Part shown: piece by piece, positions 1 through 13,189 of the stretch
How the letters are laid out: the number at the start of each line of letters is the position of its first letter
Position numbering within the stretch: the first letter of the stretch is position 1
NCBI GenBank assembly: GCA_965113315.1
Contig: OZ220365.1
Source: Podarcis vaucheri
Taxonomy: Eukaryota
DNA length: 64,000 nt
Direction: 5' to 3' (one strand)
Position numbers and translations under genes: made by a program
Notes under the pieces: model-generated
Databases searched by the model: none
Told to the model about the DNA's origin: nothing
Seen by the model: the letters and a program-made list of their open reading frames with translations, nothing else

Positions 1-1006
1 TTATAAGAAAAAAACTTATTTGAAACAGAAAAGCCAGTTTGCCTAGCTGCTCTTTGATTGTCATCAAAGTGCAATCTGTATGTTTGTCCAATAGGACTGT
101 TATGCCTTTTGAGTTGGACACACTTGAGCTGTGATCCTAAACACCCTTACTGTATGGAGTAAGCCCACTGAACACAGTGGAGCTTCGTTCTAAGACCAAG
201 TAAACATACATGGGGCAACTGCTCAAGGGCGGGGAGCTGTAAAGGATATATGTTATTGCATTCTATAGTTAATATATGAAGCAATACTGTGCACAGATTT
301 ATTGGTGTGTGGGATTCTTTTCTGGACTGCTTGAATTAGTCAGGTTCGGTTTATTTATGTAGTCTTTTCCTGCTATTACTGCACTCAAAGCAGGTTCGCA
401 AAATATATGGTTACAATAATACCACAATTAAGTCGTCTCTCCCTTATTTCAATTATTTATTGCTGCAGTTACAGTTAAAAGAAAACCTTAATAAACCACT
501 GACACCAGAGTTAACATAACTGTAGGCATGTCGCCGAGGGAGTGCAAGGGCAGGAGAGTTCACCTACCACACTTGAAACGCTGCTTTCCTATGCATTGCT
601 GAGCGTCGTGCAGGGTTAGGGTAAGTTCAGGAAAGACAATTTGGCAAGCAGAGCCTGAGTGCTGACAAGGTAACAACACGCTAATTACTGCAAATGCCAC
701 GAGATGCCGTGTGCCCAGAATGCAAAAGGAAGAATAAATGTGACTCCTTTTTTGCATGCTGAGATCTCCACGTGGCTGTGCAAAGGGCATGTCTTCAAAT
801 GCCCCCTTTCTGGGATGGCTAGCCCTGAGATGATTTTGCTTAAGCGACTTCTGTCTTGTCTTCTAATTGGGAAGCCTTTTCCTTGGCTCTGGGCTATTAG
901 CGCAAAAGCAATGGTTGTGCCCTCAGTTCCCTGTCTCCCTTTATCTGAAGAGAAGGGGGTAGGGACACGCCCAGTTCAGCAAGGAGAAAAATTCAAACAC
1001 TTCCGA

Positions 1007-1757
1007 ACTCATCCTGAGCTTACAAATTGGTCCAGCTACAAAACCTGGACAAATGAATGTGTGTTATGCAATCTGGGTCACAATCCATATAGCCTTTTAC
1101 TTCCGTCTACCTCTCTATTTCCTTCCTTTGTGTCTCCTTTCTTGGTCACACAACTGACTCACCTATGATGAGAAGCACATTTTGAGCTTGAATTGAAAGC
1201 AAGTGGGTGGGCCTTGGGTACGCAGGTCGAGTGAATTGACCCTGAGTACAGTGACTATCATGTGGCTGAAAGCAACTTCTGAAGTGGTAGTGAAGTTTTG
1301 GATGCCAGCTTCCAGACACCAGGATTCACTGCAAATCATGCCCTCTGTGGCTCCAATCCTAAATGCTTGCTCCCCTGGGGGCAAGTCCCATTGAACTCAG
1401 CAGGGTGTACTTCTCAGTAAAGGTGGTGCGGTGGTCTAAACACTGAGCCTCTTGGGCTTGCTGATCAGAAGATCGGCGGTTCGAATCCCCATGACGGGGT
1501 GAGCTCCTGTTGCACGGTCCCTGCTCCTGCCAACCCAGCAGTTCGAAAGCACCTCAAAGTGCAAGTAGATTAATAGGTACTGCTCTGGCGGGAAGGTAAA
1601 CGGCGTTTCCGTGGTTCGCCTGAAGCAGCTTAGTCATGCTGGCCACATGACCTGGAAGCTGTACGCCGGCTCCCACGGCCAGTAAAGCGAGATGAGTGCC
1701 TTAACCCCAGAGTCGACCACGACTGGACCTAATGGTCAGGGGTCCCTTTACCTTTAC
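1007..1757 (+). repeat. Left copy of a local inverted duplication (partner 19496-20629)
   Basis: 1007-1255 is the reverse complement of 20381-20629 with 3 mismatches; about 1258-1460 matches about 19808-20010; ORF-track peptides THPELTNWSSYKTW... and KFWMPASRHQD... recur on opposite strands. Confidence 0.95.
1421..1757 (+). mobile_element. Sauria (Squam1) SINE, chimaeric
   Basis: tRNA-like head GGTGG..GTGGTCTAAA, B box GGTTCGAATCC, core GCAAGTAGA.TAATAGGTAC, (ACCTTT)n tail. Confidence 0.95.
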
Positions 1758-3312
1758 ACCTCTTTAGTAGTCATGGCTTCCCTCATACAATCTGGGAACT
1801 ATAGCTTAAGGTACTCCTGATGACGCTAAGCAATCCTGAGCAAACTACAGTTCCCAGGATTCTTGGGGAGGGGGGAAACAGTGTCAGATTAAAGTGATAT
1901 AAGGGTGCTTTAAATGTGTGGCACAGATGTGATAGCAGTGGTTCACAAAATAACTCCTGCTGAGACATATCCGAGAAACTGAAAGAAACTAAATATAATA
2001 CAAAACTACAATGCAATATGAAACAATATGAAAGCAAAAACATATCAGCACATTTTGAAAAAACAAAAAGGGTCCCTTCCCTTCCAGCCTCCTTCTCTCC
2101 AAGGGATATCCTGGCTCAATAACAACACTCGCCCAACAAACACATGCACGTCACACCCAAATCCTGTCTTACATCTAAACAATTTGTACAGTATCTGCGG
2201 CTCACCCAATATCACTCATCCAATTCTACTCCCACACCCACTGATAAGCGCAAACACACCACCCAACCAGTATCTCCCTCTTCATCCCCAAACTACTATC
2301 ATCAATCACTCCTCCCACTCTGCTAAAAATGTACTTCAGCAACACCAGGATGCAACAAAACCACTCGCCAACAGAGACACATAAAATATCGGAGCAAATT
2401 TCCACCCATCTATCACTCAGATGTACTGCTGCTGGAAGTGATCTGGTGTCATCCACATTGTTATCTTCCCCCTCCATCCCAAGATTCTCCCCCAAGGATG
2501 GGTGGATCTGCACACCCCCTCCCTGGTACTCCTTCCTCCCACAAAGGAGGGTCCTCTGACATTTTGACACACACAAGATGAAGGGGAAGACCCCTCATCG
2601 CAACCCTGCCTCGCCATGAGGCTCTGCCTCTTCCATTGCTGGTTTTGTTGTTATCTGGCAATCGGCAATGGCAGATTCTACTCCCTTCCTCCTCCACAGT
2701 TCTGTACAATCTTGTCTGGTGGCATCATATAGAGGTTTATGAAAAAGTGGAGAGGGAGATCAGGAGTATTATTATTTTACCATGTCCACCTGTTGAAAGA
2801 AGTAGTCATCATAATGTGGCCTCTCCATGGGAACAATTTATGGCTGGAAAATGTGACACTAGAAAACATGGAGATTGCTTATGTTTGAGAGGCTGAGATT
2901 AGAGAGAACGGAGGTCCCTAGAGCATTTGCATGATCTCCCAAAATAGTTGGTGGCAGCAGGCTGCTCTCTCAGTCGCAGTTGAGAAATGTCGTCCTAATG
3001 GAAAAACCATTCCTGCTTTTTGTATCTCTACCGTAAAACAGTATTAGTGCTTAAAGGGCCTTCCTCTCTCTTTTCAAGGGTGCTGTCATAAACTCTGCTG
3101 CAAGTCTGAAACCCAAAAGAACCCAAAGTCTTCTGGCTTCAATGAACTTTTTTGTGATGTCAGAGCGCTGCCTTTCCCACAAATATTCAGCAGTGACCAC
3201 TCACATATTAAAATCAAAGGGACTGTGCTTTGCTTTCCTCTTTCTGTTTGTGTGTTTCAAAAGTGCATGGGAGCTTGGGAAGGCTATTTTCACGTCAGGG
3301 TGTTCATGTGTA

Positions 3313-3527
3313 CTCCCTGCCAACCTAGCAGCTAGAAAGCACGAAGTGCACGTAGATAAATAGGTACCGCTCAGGCGGGAAGGTAAACGGTGTTTCTGTG
3401 CACTGCTCTGGTTCACCAGAAGCAGCTTGGTCATGCTGGTCACAGAATGCCAGTAAAGCGAGATGAGCGCCGCAACCCCAGAGTCATTTGCGACTGGACC
3501 TAATGGTCAGGGGTTCCTTTACCTTTA
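3313..3527 (+). mobile_element. Sauria SINE, 5'-truncated
   Basis: Sauria core and ACCTTT tail; TSD TTCATGTGT at 3303-3311 and 3528-3536. Confidence 0.9.
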
Positions 3528-6500
3528 TTCATGTGTCCATGGGTTGCTTTTTCCCTGTGCGCAGTGGTGTTTGGTGCCTATGGACGCTGGTGGGGTGGAA
3601 GGCAAGGAGGCCAACAGTAGGTGGTGCCAGAGCCAATGCCAGACAGAGCCAATTAAATTTGAGCTTTGCCCCCATCCTTCCAGCTGAGGGCAACACTGAG
3701 ACTGGGGAGGAGGAAGCTGCCACTCAGGGCCACCCCTTGGACTAGATGTAAGGAAGAAGATAGGCAGATAGGCGCAGGCTGAGGACAGAATGAGGTTGGG
3801 AGTGTAGTGCCCCATTTACCCTGATAGACCTGTCTCCACTGCAGGTGTGCTTGGGCACCTTTGTCCACACATAAGTGCTATCAGTTTTCTGCCTCTGAAA
3901 TCTCTCTCGATGTTTCCTGTCCTCACTAGTGGGCAGTACTTAATGTATTCACACTGTGTGTTGCTGTGCGTTGTGGGTGCAGGATTATTTTTTATAAGTT
4001 GCACCATTCTTTTTTTAATTATTTTTGAAATGCAAGTTTCCCAATATTCCATACTTGCACAAAAGTGTGCTCTGAATCCGTAAATCTGGATTGTGGGCAT
4101 CACACGGCACACATTTACCCTGCGCCTGTTTGATTTTTATTTGTTTAGAAGTATAACCTTTCCAGTGTAGCAAGGTTTGCACAAAAGAGCAGGTAACAAT
4201 AAATCTAAAATCTGTGTTTGCCACTCCAAGTCAGACATGGTTTTGGAGTTGCTTGTGTGAAAGGCTGCTACTTCCTTTTCTCCCCCTTTTTGTTCCTCAT
4301 CTCCTGTGGCTCTCTTGAGAAGAACAAAAGACCATCCAGGAGTTGCTATAGGTGGTGGAGGCAGCAGGGCTCCGCTCCTCCTTCTGCTCTTCACATGCTC
4401 TGCTTGCTTAAGTCCTTCCTCCTCCTGAGCCCACCCCAGTTCTTCCTCTGCACTCCCTCCCACCACCTCCCATCTAGAGACGGAGGTTAATTGGGAGAGG
4501 AGGGCAGGCAATCCTGAAGTCTTTTGACTATGCTTGCATTCTTTGGTTGGGGAACCGCATCACAAAAATTAGAGAAGTGTGAATTTGAAAAGTGAGCTGT
4601 GTTTTGGATCTTATGTTGGTTTAAGAAGTGCAGATGTCATAGGCTTTGTATTAAAATGTGAGCTGAACTAATTTTTTGCCTACCCATTCCTCTAAGCAGG
4701 CGTGTGAGGATTCAGGGATTAACAGGGAGCTAAGAGTTAACCTGATAATGTGGCAGGATTTTTTTTCTTTAATCTACATTATAAAATAACCAAGTTTAAT
4801 TAATGAGCTTTTAATTAATTAATTAATGAGACAAATCTTTAAATGACAGTTTGTGAAGGTACTGTAGCTGTGAAAGTCTTTTTTTTAATTTAAAAAAAGT
4901 TCTTATGGAGTGCGAGCTTGCACAAAGGGTAAAATATTTGTCTTTGAAAGCAAATCAACAGGTAATTAACACTCAAAGACTTGGGAAGATTTTCTGTTCC
5001 TCGTTACTAAATAATCTCCAAAGACATGGATGAAAGCTAATTAAATTAATCAGCTTTCTCATCTACTCAAAAAATGTTGCCGTTCTCCCCACCACCACCA
5101 TGCAATGTTTTCTTAAGAGATATCAAAAATCAAGACACTCATTTATCATGTTGCCCTTCCAGGCTACATCTGTTGTTCATCACTGTGGCTTTCATTTGTC
5201 ATCAGTTGTCACCACAAATATCCCTGGTACAGCTGCGTGTCAATTAATCAGTTCCTCGTTTCCCTGCGCCGACTCCCAACGCAGTGGACAGAGTAATCCC
5301 AAAGTTAATATGAATTCTAAAGTGCTCCAACCGTCCCTCTTAAAGGAAAAATAATGATGCTCAGATGCATCTTCTGCATTATGCACATGTCACCATGTTC
5401 TGTCTGCCTCCATATTGCAGATGATTAAGTGTTTTCATTTCAGGCTCTAGAGAGCATCCTAACGGTGTGCTTGGCAGATACAAGTAAATTGGGGAAGCGA
5501 GTGGGATATTCTGTCTGGAAGGTCTGTGAGCCTTCGGTGTAATCCCTCCAGTTCATTACTTGCAATTACCCGGGGACTAAACAAAACAACTAACCTGCTT
5601 TTTGCAGGGTCAATGAGGCTTTCATGTTGAGCATCACTGCAAATAATGCTTTGAAATAGCATGGAATCCACATGGCCAATAGGACTGACATTTTTTTTCT
5701 CAACACAACACAACACAACACAACAAATACCCAAGGATTCACAATTTATTTAAGCTGTAACATTACATTAAATATCAACATTTTGAACAATTTATAGACG
5801 CAGCATGCAAATTAATGTCTTGCTTTTCATTGGAATAGTAGGACATTTCTTCTAGGCTTTTGAAAACAAGCACACAAATGAATAGTTTGGGGACTGTACA
5901 GTGGGTACATTCTACAAAAGACTGCACAGCAGATGAAAATTAATTGGCTTCATTACACCTTATGAAAGTTTATCCTTCATGATGAGTTTTGATGATGAAA
6001 TCTCAATCAGCTTGGCACATTATGACTGTAGTTTATACGCAATGAACATTACACGTAATTGTTATGTGTTGCTACATTATGGGCAACATCATTATATGTT
6101 AAAATCCATTACATGTTTAGTCTATACTTGACGTCTCAGGGGTGACCTACTGAGGGAATTTAGCTGAATGTAATTAACATAATTTACATATCATTTTCAT
6201 GAATATGATGAATTTCAAATTACACTCAGTTGGCTCGGCACACTTGTTCTACGCTATTAGATCTGACTGGAGGTCTGCAGTCAAAGATTTGGCTAGTTAT
6301 TTTAAATCAGCACGTATGACCTTCTGATCTCTGTAACTTTGGCACATTTCCCTTTGCTTCTCTATCAGTTCCTCTCTCCTGCCCCGGTTCTTTCCCCTCT
6401 CTCATGTTCCTCATCCTGGCCCCTTATTTTTCTCTGATTCCTTTAAGTCTCCTCCCAAAACAGCCTGCGACCTTCTCCTTCCCCTGATCCAGGATTTTCT

Positions 6501-7668
6501 GACTCCTCCATCCCTCACTAAGATCTGAGCTGCTCTTGGTCAGGGGCAGCCAGAGATTCTCCCATTCACAATCCTCTATCAGCCACATTGTAGTCATCAC
6601 ATGTGACCAACACACATATTTTTTAAGTATGTTCCAGTGTAATTAAGAAAATCAATGGGATAGAGTCTAGATCAGATGGGCTAGTGATTCTGGACTCTTT
6701 CATGCCTTACCCTTTAATGTATGATGGACCTTTCTTCCTTCCAGGCACCTGGCCTGGTTGGCCACTGTGAGAACAGGATATTGGGCAAGTTTGGCCATTG
6801 GCCTGATCCACTAGGACTCATCTTAAGTTCTTGAGGCACCTCTGTTTTGCTAAACTCATTTCCCACAGTCCCTTCTGGATTTATGAATATTTCCTTATCC
6901 TTCAGCTCTGCTTCATGGATTAATTGGTTGGTTTTTTTAAGTAGGAAAGGACTTACCTTGGTATGTTGAATTGGGCTTTGTTCATATGTTGTCTCATAGG
7001 TATGGTTGCCACAAAGATGTCATTTCACAGAGGTTAAGTTTAGCCATACTAGGCAAACGTGTCACAATATTGCAGTTTCCCTGGGTGAGGCTATGGAAAA
7101 TAGCTCATATAACTACCCCAGTACCAACTCAAACGTGAAAGTTATGGCACTTCCATTGTAGAACTCCCTTTCATTGGAGGTGTGTTTGTCCTATCACCGA
7201 TGTCTTTTCAATGTCAGCTGCAGATATATCTGTTCCATTTTGGTCCTTGGGAATCGATGAGAGTTGGCTGTTCTGTTACCTGTGGAATTGTGCATTGCTG
7301 CAATTTGTGGAAGGTTATTCTCTTTTGATGATTTTATGGTTGTAGTGTTGGTATTTTGACATATGCTCTTGTAACTCCTGAACATCCTCCTGGGGACCTG
7401 GCTGAATGGTTACTTAAAATAAAACAACAACAAATTTGATTCTGATTGATCAATCAATCAATCAATCAATCAGCTTTTTGTTCAAGCCAGAGGCCATGAC
7501 AAAGTCACAGGAATAATATAAATAAAATACAGATGATATATCCATATTTTAAGCCAACATCCATGCAGTAAGAAAAAGACAAATCAACAAGCTTAAATCT
7601 GACTTAATTTCAAATTAAGTTTCCGAATGACCAAAATAACTTATGGTGATTTTATCTAACTCGTTTTC

Positions 7669-7669
7669 C

Positions 7670-7716
<47 letters not shown>
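7669..7716. repeat. (TGT)n microsatellite
   Basis: Direct reading. Confidence 0.95.
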
Positions 7717-8605
7717 GTAGCCAGAACATAAAGGGCCACTGAATTTGATTCAGATATTTAGTAGCAACCACTCAGCTGAAAAAGCACTGTGTATGCGTCC
7801 ATCACTTCCCTGAATAGTGAGAAATTCTACCCAGGTTTATGTTTCCTTTGGAGGAGATTGAACTAGAGACTTATTCAGCTCCTCTTTTTGTAATATTTAT
7901 TTTATTTACAAGTACAAAAATGGAGCAGTGAGTGGAGGCAAGCAATGGGCACTATCCTACAAGTCAGTGGATCTGGATCCTCACACCACGTCTCCAGAGA
8001 GAGGTGCTCTTGCGCCACAAGGCACTTCCAGCCTTCAAATCACAGCTCTCTTTCTCTACCTCCCTCCCAAAACTTCTTATTTTTCCCTTTCATATACACC
8101 TGCTCCCCCTTTTAACTAGAGGAGATGGGATGCATCACCTTCCTCAAGCACTGCTGGCTTTCCCGTTCCAAAAGCTGAACCACCTCCCTCCCAAACAATC
8201 AGCTTCCATGAAGAGACATCGGCTGGCAATTTTGGGCTATTAAGAAAAATTAACATTCTTTTGTCAAATCCTAGGTTTTGAACAGGCATTGATTTCAAGT
8301 CTGCTTCAGGTGTTCACAATCAATGTCATCTCAACAGACAAGTGGGAGGCGGCATGGAGACAGGTGTGTTAGCTCTGCCTGCCCCCATCATTCTTGCTGC
8401 TCCCCAGGAGGAGAAGGGTGAGTTTATGCAGCCAATAGATTCCTATATTTTGAAGGCTCCTGCCACATTTTAGAACCCTAATTTTCCTGACACGCACCCT
8501 CCAATTCATGGAAATCAATGACTGGGGTTGGGGGCAGTGAGCTAGCAGAGATCACAAATGCCCTGGAGATGGTTGTACTGATAGACCTATCCTATCATAC
8601 AGATA

Positions 8606-8808
8606 GGAAATGGTGTTTCCATGCGCTCTGACGTCCGTCACAGTGTTCTGTTGCACCAGAAGCAGTTTAGTCATGCTGGCCACATGACCCGGAAAGCTGT
8701 AAGAGGACAAATGCCAGCTCCCTTGGGCTGAAAGCGAGATGAGCGCCACAACCCCATAGTCACCTTTGACTGGACTTAACCATCCAGGAGTCCTTTACGT
8801 TTAACCTT
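8606..8808 (+). mobile_element. Sauria SINE 3' fragment
   Basis: AGTCATGCTGGCCACATGACCCGGAAAGCTG...GCGAGATGAGCGCC...CCTTTAC. Confidence 0.85.
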
Positions 8809-8809
8809 A

Positions 8810-9835
8810 TTCTGTGGGGTGCCACAGGGGACTATCTAATCTCGGTTGTTATTTAATATCTTCATGAAGCCGTTGGGAGTGGTTATTAGGAGTTTCGGGG
8901 CAAGGTGCTGTCAGTATGCTGATGACACTCACCTCTGTTTCTCCATAACATCTGGATGGGCCATTGCTTGGACCCAGTGGTGAAATGGATAAGGAAAAAC
9001 AAGCTGAACTTGAATCTATGCAAGACAGAGTCATTGTGGGGGAATAGCTCTTGTGTCTGAAAAATTGGTCACTTGACCTCTGGATAGGGTTGTGCTCCCC
9101 CTGAAGAAGCACATTCACAGTTTGGGGGTTCTTCTGGATCCAGTTCTGTCACTGAAGGTTCAGGTAGCCTCAGTGGCTAGTAGAGCGTTTTATCAACTGC
9201 AGCTAGTTTGACAGCTACGGACATTCCTGGAGCAGGAAAGCCTTGCCACAGCAGTTCCCGTGTTGGTTATTTCAAGACTGGATTACTGCAGTAGACTCTA
9301 CAGTGTTTGTGTCGTCTCTTGGGCTTGGTCCAGAAGCTGCAGTTTGTGCAGAATGTAGCAGCACAATTGCTGACGGGTGTGAGGCTTTGTCGGCATCTAA
9401 CACCTGTGCTGAGATATCTGCACTGATTGCCGATTTGCTACCAGGCCAAGTTCAGCATATTCCTATTAGCATATAAAGCCCTTAACTTGGGAACAGTTTA
9501 TCTATGAGATTGTCTTACCCACGTGACTGCTTTGATCAGCAAAATTGATGCTACTACAAATGCCACCTAATGCCCATGCCACATTTATAAAAACTCAATC
9601 ATTTAGTGGGGCAGCTCCTGCACTTTGGAACTCCTTGTCTTTAATAAATAATAATAATAATAATAATTTTTCACCTTCCTTTTGGCACCTGCTAAGAACA
9701 TTCTTGTTTAGACAAGCCTATCCTATGCTCAGAAAGCTGAGGTGATGTTAATCTGTTTTAGTATTTTAACTTTATATGTTTTTAAAGTACGGTTGTGAGT
9801 TTTTCTCGGTTTTATTTCTTTGTAAACCACTTTTT
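8810..9835 (+). mobile_element. Degenerate L2 (CR1/L2 group) LINE 3' part, RT remnant
   Basis: Encodes CGVPQGT (8813) and QYADDT (8911) RT motifs with frameshifts, followed by a T-rich 3' UTR. Confidence 0.85.
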
Positions 9836-9861
9836 TTTTGGGGGGGGGGTGTCTTAAAATA

Positions 9862-10000
9862 ATAGAATTACCGGTATACAGCTGGAAAGGACCCTGAGAG
9901 TCATCTAGTTCAACCCTCTGTAATGCAGGAATACACAGCTGTCCCATATGGGGAATCAAACCTGCAACCTTGGCGTAATCAGTAACACACTCTAACCAAT
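9862..10000 (-). mobile_element. tRNA-Ile-derived SINE with CR1-like 3' end (Squam2-like)
   Basis: Minus strand reads TTGGTTAGAGTGTG..TGATTACGCCAAGGTTGCAGGTTTGATTCCCC (tRNA-Ile-like), then GGGTTGAACTAGATGACTCTCAGGGTCCTTTCCAGC (CR1-type tail). Confidence 0.75.
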
Positions 10001-10017
10001 GGAATCAAGCAGTGTAT

Positions 10018-10263
10018 AGGTAAAGGTAAAGGGATCCCTGACCATTAAGTCCAGTCGTGACCGACTCTGGGGTTGCGGCACTCATCTCGCTTTATTGGCC
10101 AAGAGAGCCGGCGTACAGCTTCCGGGTCATGTGGCCAGCATGACTAAGCCACTTCTGGTGAACCAGAGCAGCGCACGGAAACGCCATTTACCTTCCCACC
10201 AGAGTGGTGCCTATTTATCTACTTGCACTTTGACATGCTTTCGAAGTGCTAGGTTGGCAGGAG
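10018..10263 (-). mobile_element. Sauria SINE, 5'-truncated
   Basis: Sauria sequence on minus strand; TSD AAGCAGTGTA at 10007-10016 and 10264-10273. Confidence 0.95.
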
Positions 10264-10411
10264 AAGCAGTGTAGAAATCTTAAGAAATAAAGAAACTAAA
10301 TAATAGACTGCTACCTTGTTGCAACACAGTGTAAAGGGCTGGTGACTCATTATCTTGGAAGTTTTCTAGCTCAAAGATGGATTCACACTGTTTGTGGATT
10401 CTCTGTGCGAT

Positions 10412-10791
10412 GGTAAAAAGTAAATGTAAAGGACCCCTGGAAGGTTAAGTCCAGTCAAAGGCGGCTATGGGGTTGCAGCCCTCATCTCGCTTTCAGGCCG
10501 AGGGAGACGGTGTTTGTCCACAGACATCTTTCCAAGACATGTGGTCAGCATGACTAAACTACTTCTGGCACAACGGGACACCATGACGGAAGCCAGAGTG
10601 CACAGAAATGCTGTTTACCTTCCTGCAGCAGCGGTACCTATTTATCTACTTGCACTGGTATGGTTTTGAGCTGCTAGGTTGGCAGGAGCTGGGACAGAGC
10701 AACGGGAGCTCACTCCGTCATGGGGATTTTAACCGCCAACCTTCTGATTGGCAAGTCCAAGAGGCTCAGTGGTTTAGACTACATCGCCACC
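10412..10791 (-). mobile_element. Sauria SINE
   Basis: Near full-length Sauria sequence on minus strand. Confidence 0.93.
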
Positions 10792-10824
10792 AGGAGTCTG
10801 AAAGGCAATCTCCCAATGCTACTC

Positions 10825-11060
10825 TCTAGACTTGGTCATGAAGGTTAGATTGGAACAACTGTAACACAGTGCCCTCAGTTCCCATTTCCCAGAGACAGTC
10901 CAGGAGGATACAATAGTCAATAGTATCAAATGCCGATGAGATCAAAAGGCAGGAGCAAAGTCACATTGCCCTTGTCTCACTCTCTGCAAAGGTCATCCAT
11001 CAAAGCAACCAAGACCAACTCTGTCCCATGGCCAGGCCTGAACCCAGATAGGAATGGATC
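10825..11060 (-). mobile_element. L2 LINE RT fragment
   Basis: Minus strand encodes DPFLSGFRPGHGTELVLVALMDDL, a typical L2 RT segment. Confidence 0.8.
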
Positions 11061-11910
11061 TTAAAAAATGAAGTCTCCTTCTCTCTATATAAAATATTAC
11101 GCAAATTATTAATAATACATACCCCCAACACCATATATATATCACAAAAATCTCATCAACCTTACAAATATTATATTGTTAGGGCTATTAAACCTAATTA
11201 GAACATAAATAATACCTAACCCTATCGTACAAAGCCCCAGAGACTCAACCACACATAAAACAGACACTTTAAATTCTATTAGGACATAAATATAACCATA
11301 ACTTAAATACATGATATCAAATTAATTAAATCTTATTATACATCTCTGTAGTTCAAACTGCTGGGTTATATTCAATAGATTTCACATTTCTTATACTCCA
11401 ATAAACTTTAAAATATTTCTTCTTTGAATCAAACGTTACTACAGCACAATTTAATTTTGATACACCTGTTCTACTACACAGCAAACCCACAACTGTGAAT
11501 CCACAACTGAGCTGGAAAACTTCCCTTGGTAGAGTGTTTTAGCGATGCACTGCAGTTTTTATTCAGGAAAATACTCTTGAGTCCTATGGATGTGTTTGTG
11601 TGTGTGTGTGTGTGTTTTAAGGTTGAAAGAGGTTAGATTACACAGGAACGTGGGCGTAACCAGGATTTTTGTTAGGGACGGCAGGCTTGTGGACCAATTG
11701 TACCTAGCCAAGTCTGCATGAAGAATCGAAGATCCAACACGTAAACATCGGCAGAAGAGACTCTCTTTGTAGTTCTGCTGTCCTTGGAGGTTCAATGGAT
11801 GGCAACTTGGGAAAGACTGTTCTCTCTGGTAGCTCTATAATCCATAGAATTCCATCCTTATAGAGGTATGTTTAGTTAGCGCTTCGCCCTATAGTTTTCA
11901 GCCTATGCTG

Positions 11911-11911
<1 letters not shown>

Positions 11912-11945
<34 letters not shown>
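11912..11945. repeat. (AC)n microsatellite
   Basis: Direct reading; a (TG)n tract lies at about 11590-11615. Confidence 0.9.
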
Positions 11946-11948
<3 letters not shown>

Positions 11949-13189
11949 TGTTTTTATGACCTAGCTGGAGATTGTTAATTAATGAACTTTTGGAACTGGA
12001 GTTTTATTTGGTTTTTAAATTGTATCACTGCCCTGGGACCTTAAGGTGAAAGGCAGGCATGAAACGTTATAACTAAGTAACTAAATGCCTAATCCTAAAA
12101 ATAAAAAATATGAGTGGGGATATTATGATAGGTTGCAATGTATTTCTTCACTTTGATCTGCTTTGTAATTGGCTGGTCAGTGGCACAAGCAGCAAAATCT
12201 GTTGTACCCTCTCCTCCCTGTACAGAAGCAAGAGTCTATGTGTTTGGCTATGGTCACTTGGGGAATGTATCTGCATTGAAAACTGGATTAAATTCTAGTT
12301 GGGGGGGGGGGGCGACTGCACTGTAACTTGACTGTCCAAGGACCCACTGTTTTCTGACTTCTGAGTGGCTCCGGAAACTAGAGACAAAACCACCACAAGG
12401 GATGGGGTGACAAGTACTTGTGTCCTAGACTCATTAGAGAGCCAATTTCTTATGTTTGGGATTTGGCTTGTGGCAAAAATGCCCCAGAGGTTGCCACCAC
12501 TGCCTTTTTCTTTCTTGTGAACAGACTCTGCTGTTCAAGTCACACTCTGCTTTTCTTCCTGTTCAATTGATTTACCTACTCTGGGAGCACTCAGTTTTCT
12601 AATTGGCTATGTTCTTGGTAATTGCCTCCGGTTTATTGATTGTTTATAGCGGACTTTTATAGTTCCTCTTATTCACTATCTAAATGTGTAAATATTATTT
12701 GTTGGTTAAGTGCATATTTTAGCTGTTCCAGAAGTGTACATTTTCATCAATACTTTTGTTTCATATGGGCAGTTTAGCCCTAATGGGCTTCTTTAGTTAC
12801 AATGACATAAAAGGAGGTTGTGCTGATGTTGCTAAAGAAGCAAATTGATGTGGTCCCATTTGCAGACTCAACTGGCCCATGCCAGAGAGTGGATCAGCTG
12901 GCCTTGGGCCCATAGACTTTGCAGAAGACTAAATTAAACACCACTATCAAATTTCCTACCTGCAATTTGTTCCTCCACCACCTTAGAGTTGCTCCCTCAA
13001 AGCTTTGAAAGTTGCCTATTGCAAAGCAAGGAGGTGGGAAGCAATTAGAAGAATATAGTTTTAGGTGTAATAATATCCTTTTGCAGGGTTGGTTCCAAGC
13101 CCTCCCCTGGCAAAGTTCTATCTGCTGTCTGCCCCCCCCCCCCAGATGCTTAATGGGCTTTCACAGGGCCTTACCATCAACAGGAGGCA

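Noticed and set aside
704-1168. 154-aa ORF sharing its C-terminus with ORF 20468-20722
   Set aside because: The shared peptide is just the inverted duplication; the ORF crosses the duplication boundary and has no recognisable domain.
2226-2576. Possible mitochondrial ND6 NUMT suggested by G-poor skew
   Set aside because: Translations show no ND6 or other mitochondrial protein motif.
9940-10000. tRNA-Ile-like sequence
   Set aside because: Degenerate, 5'-truncated and fused to a CR1-like tail, so a SINE head and not a tRNA gene.
11090-11480. A-rich segment, possible L1 3' end (also 25380-25680)
   Set aside because: Too degraded to assign from sequence alone.
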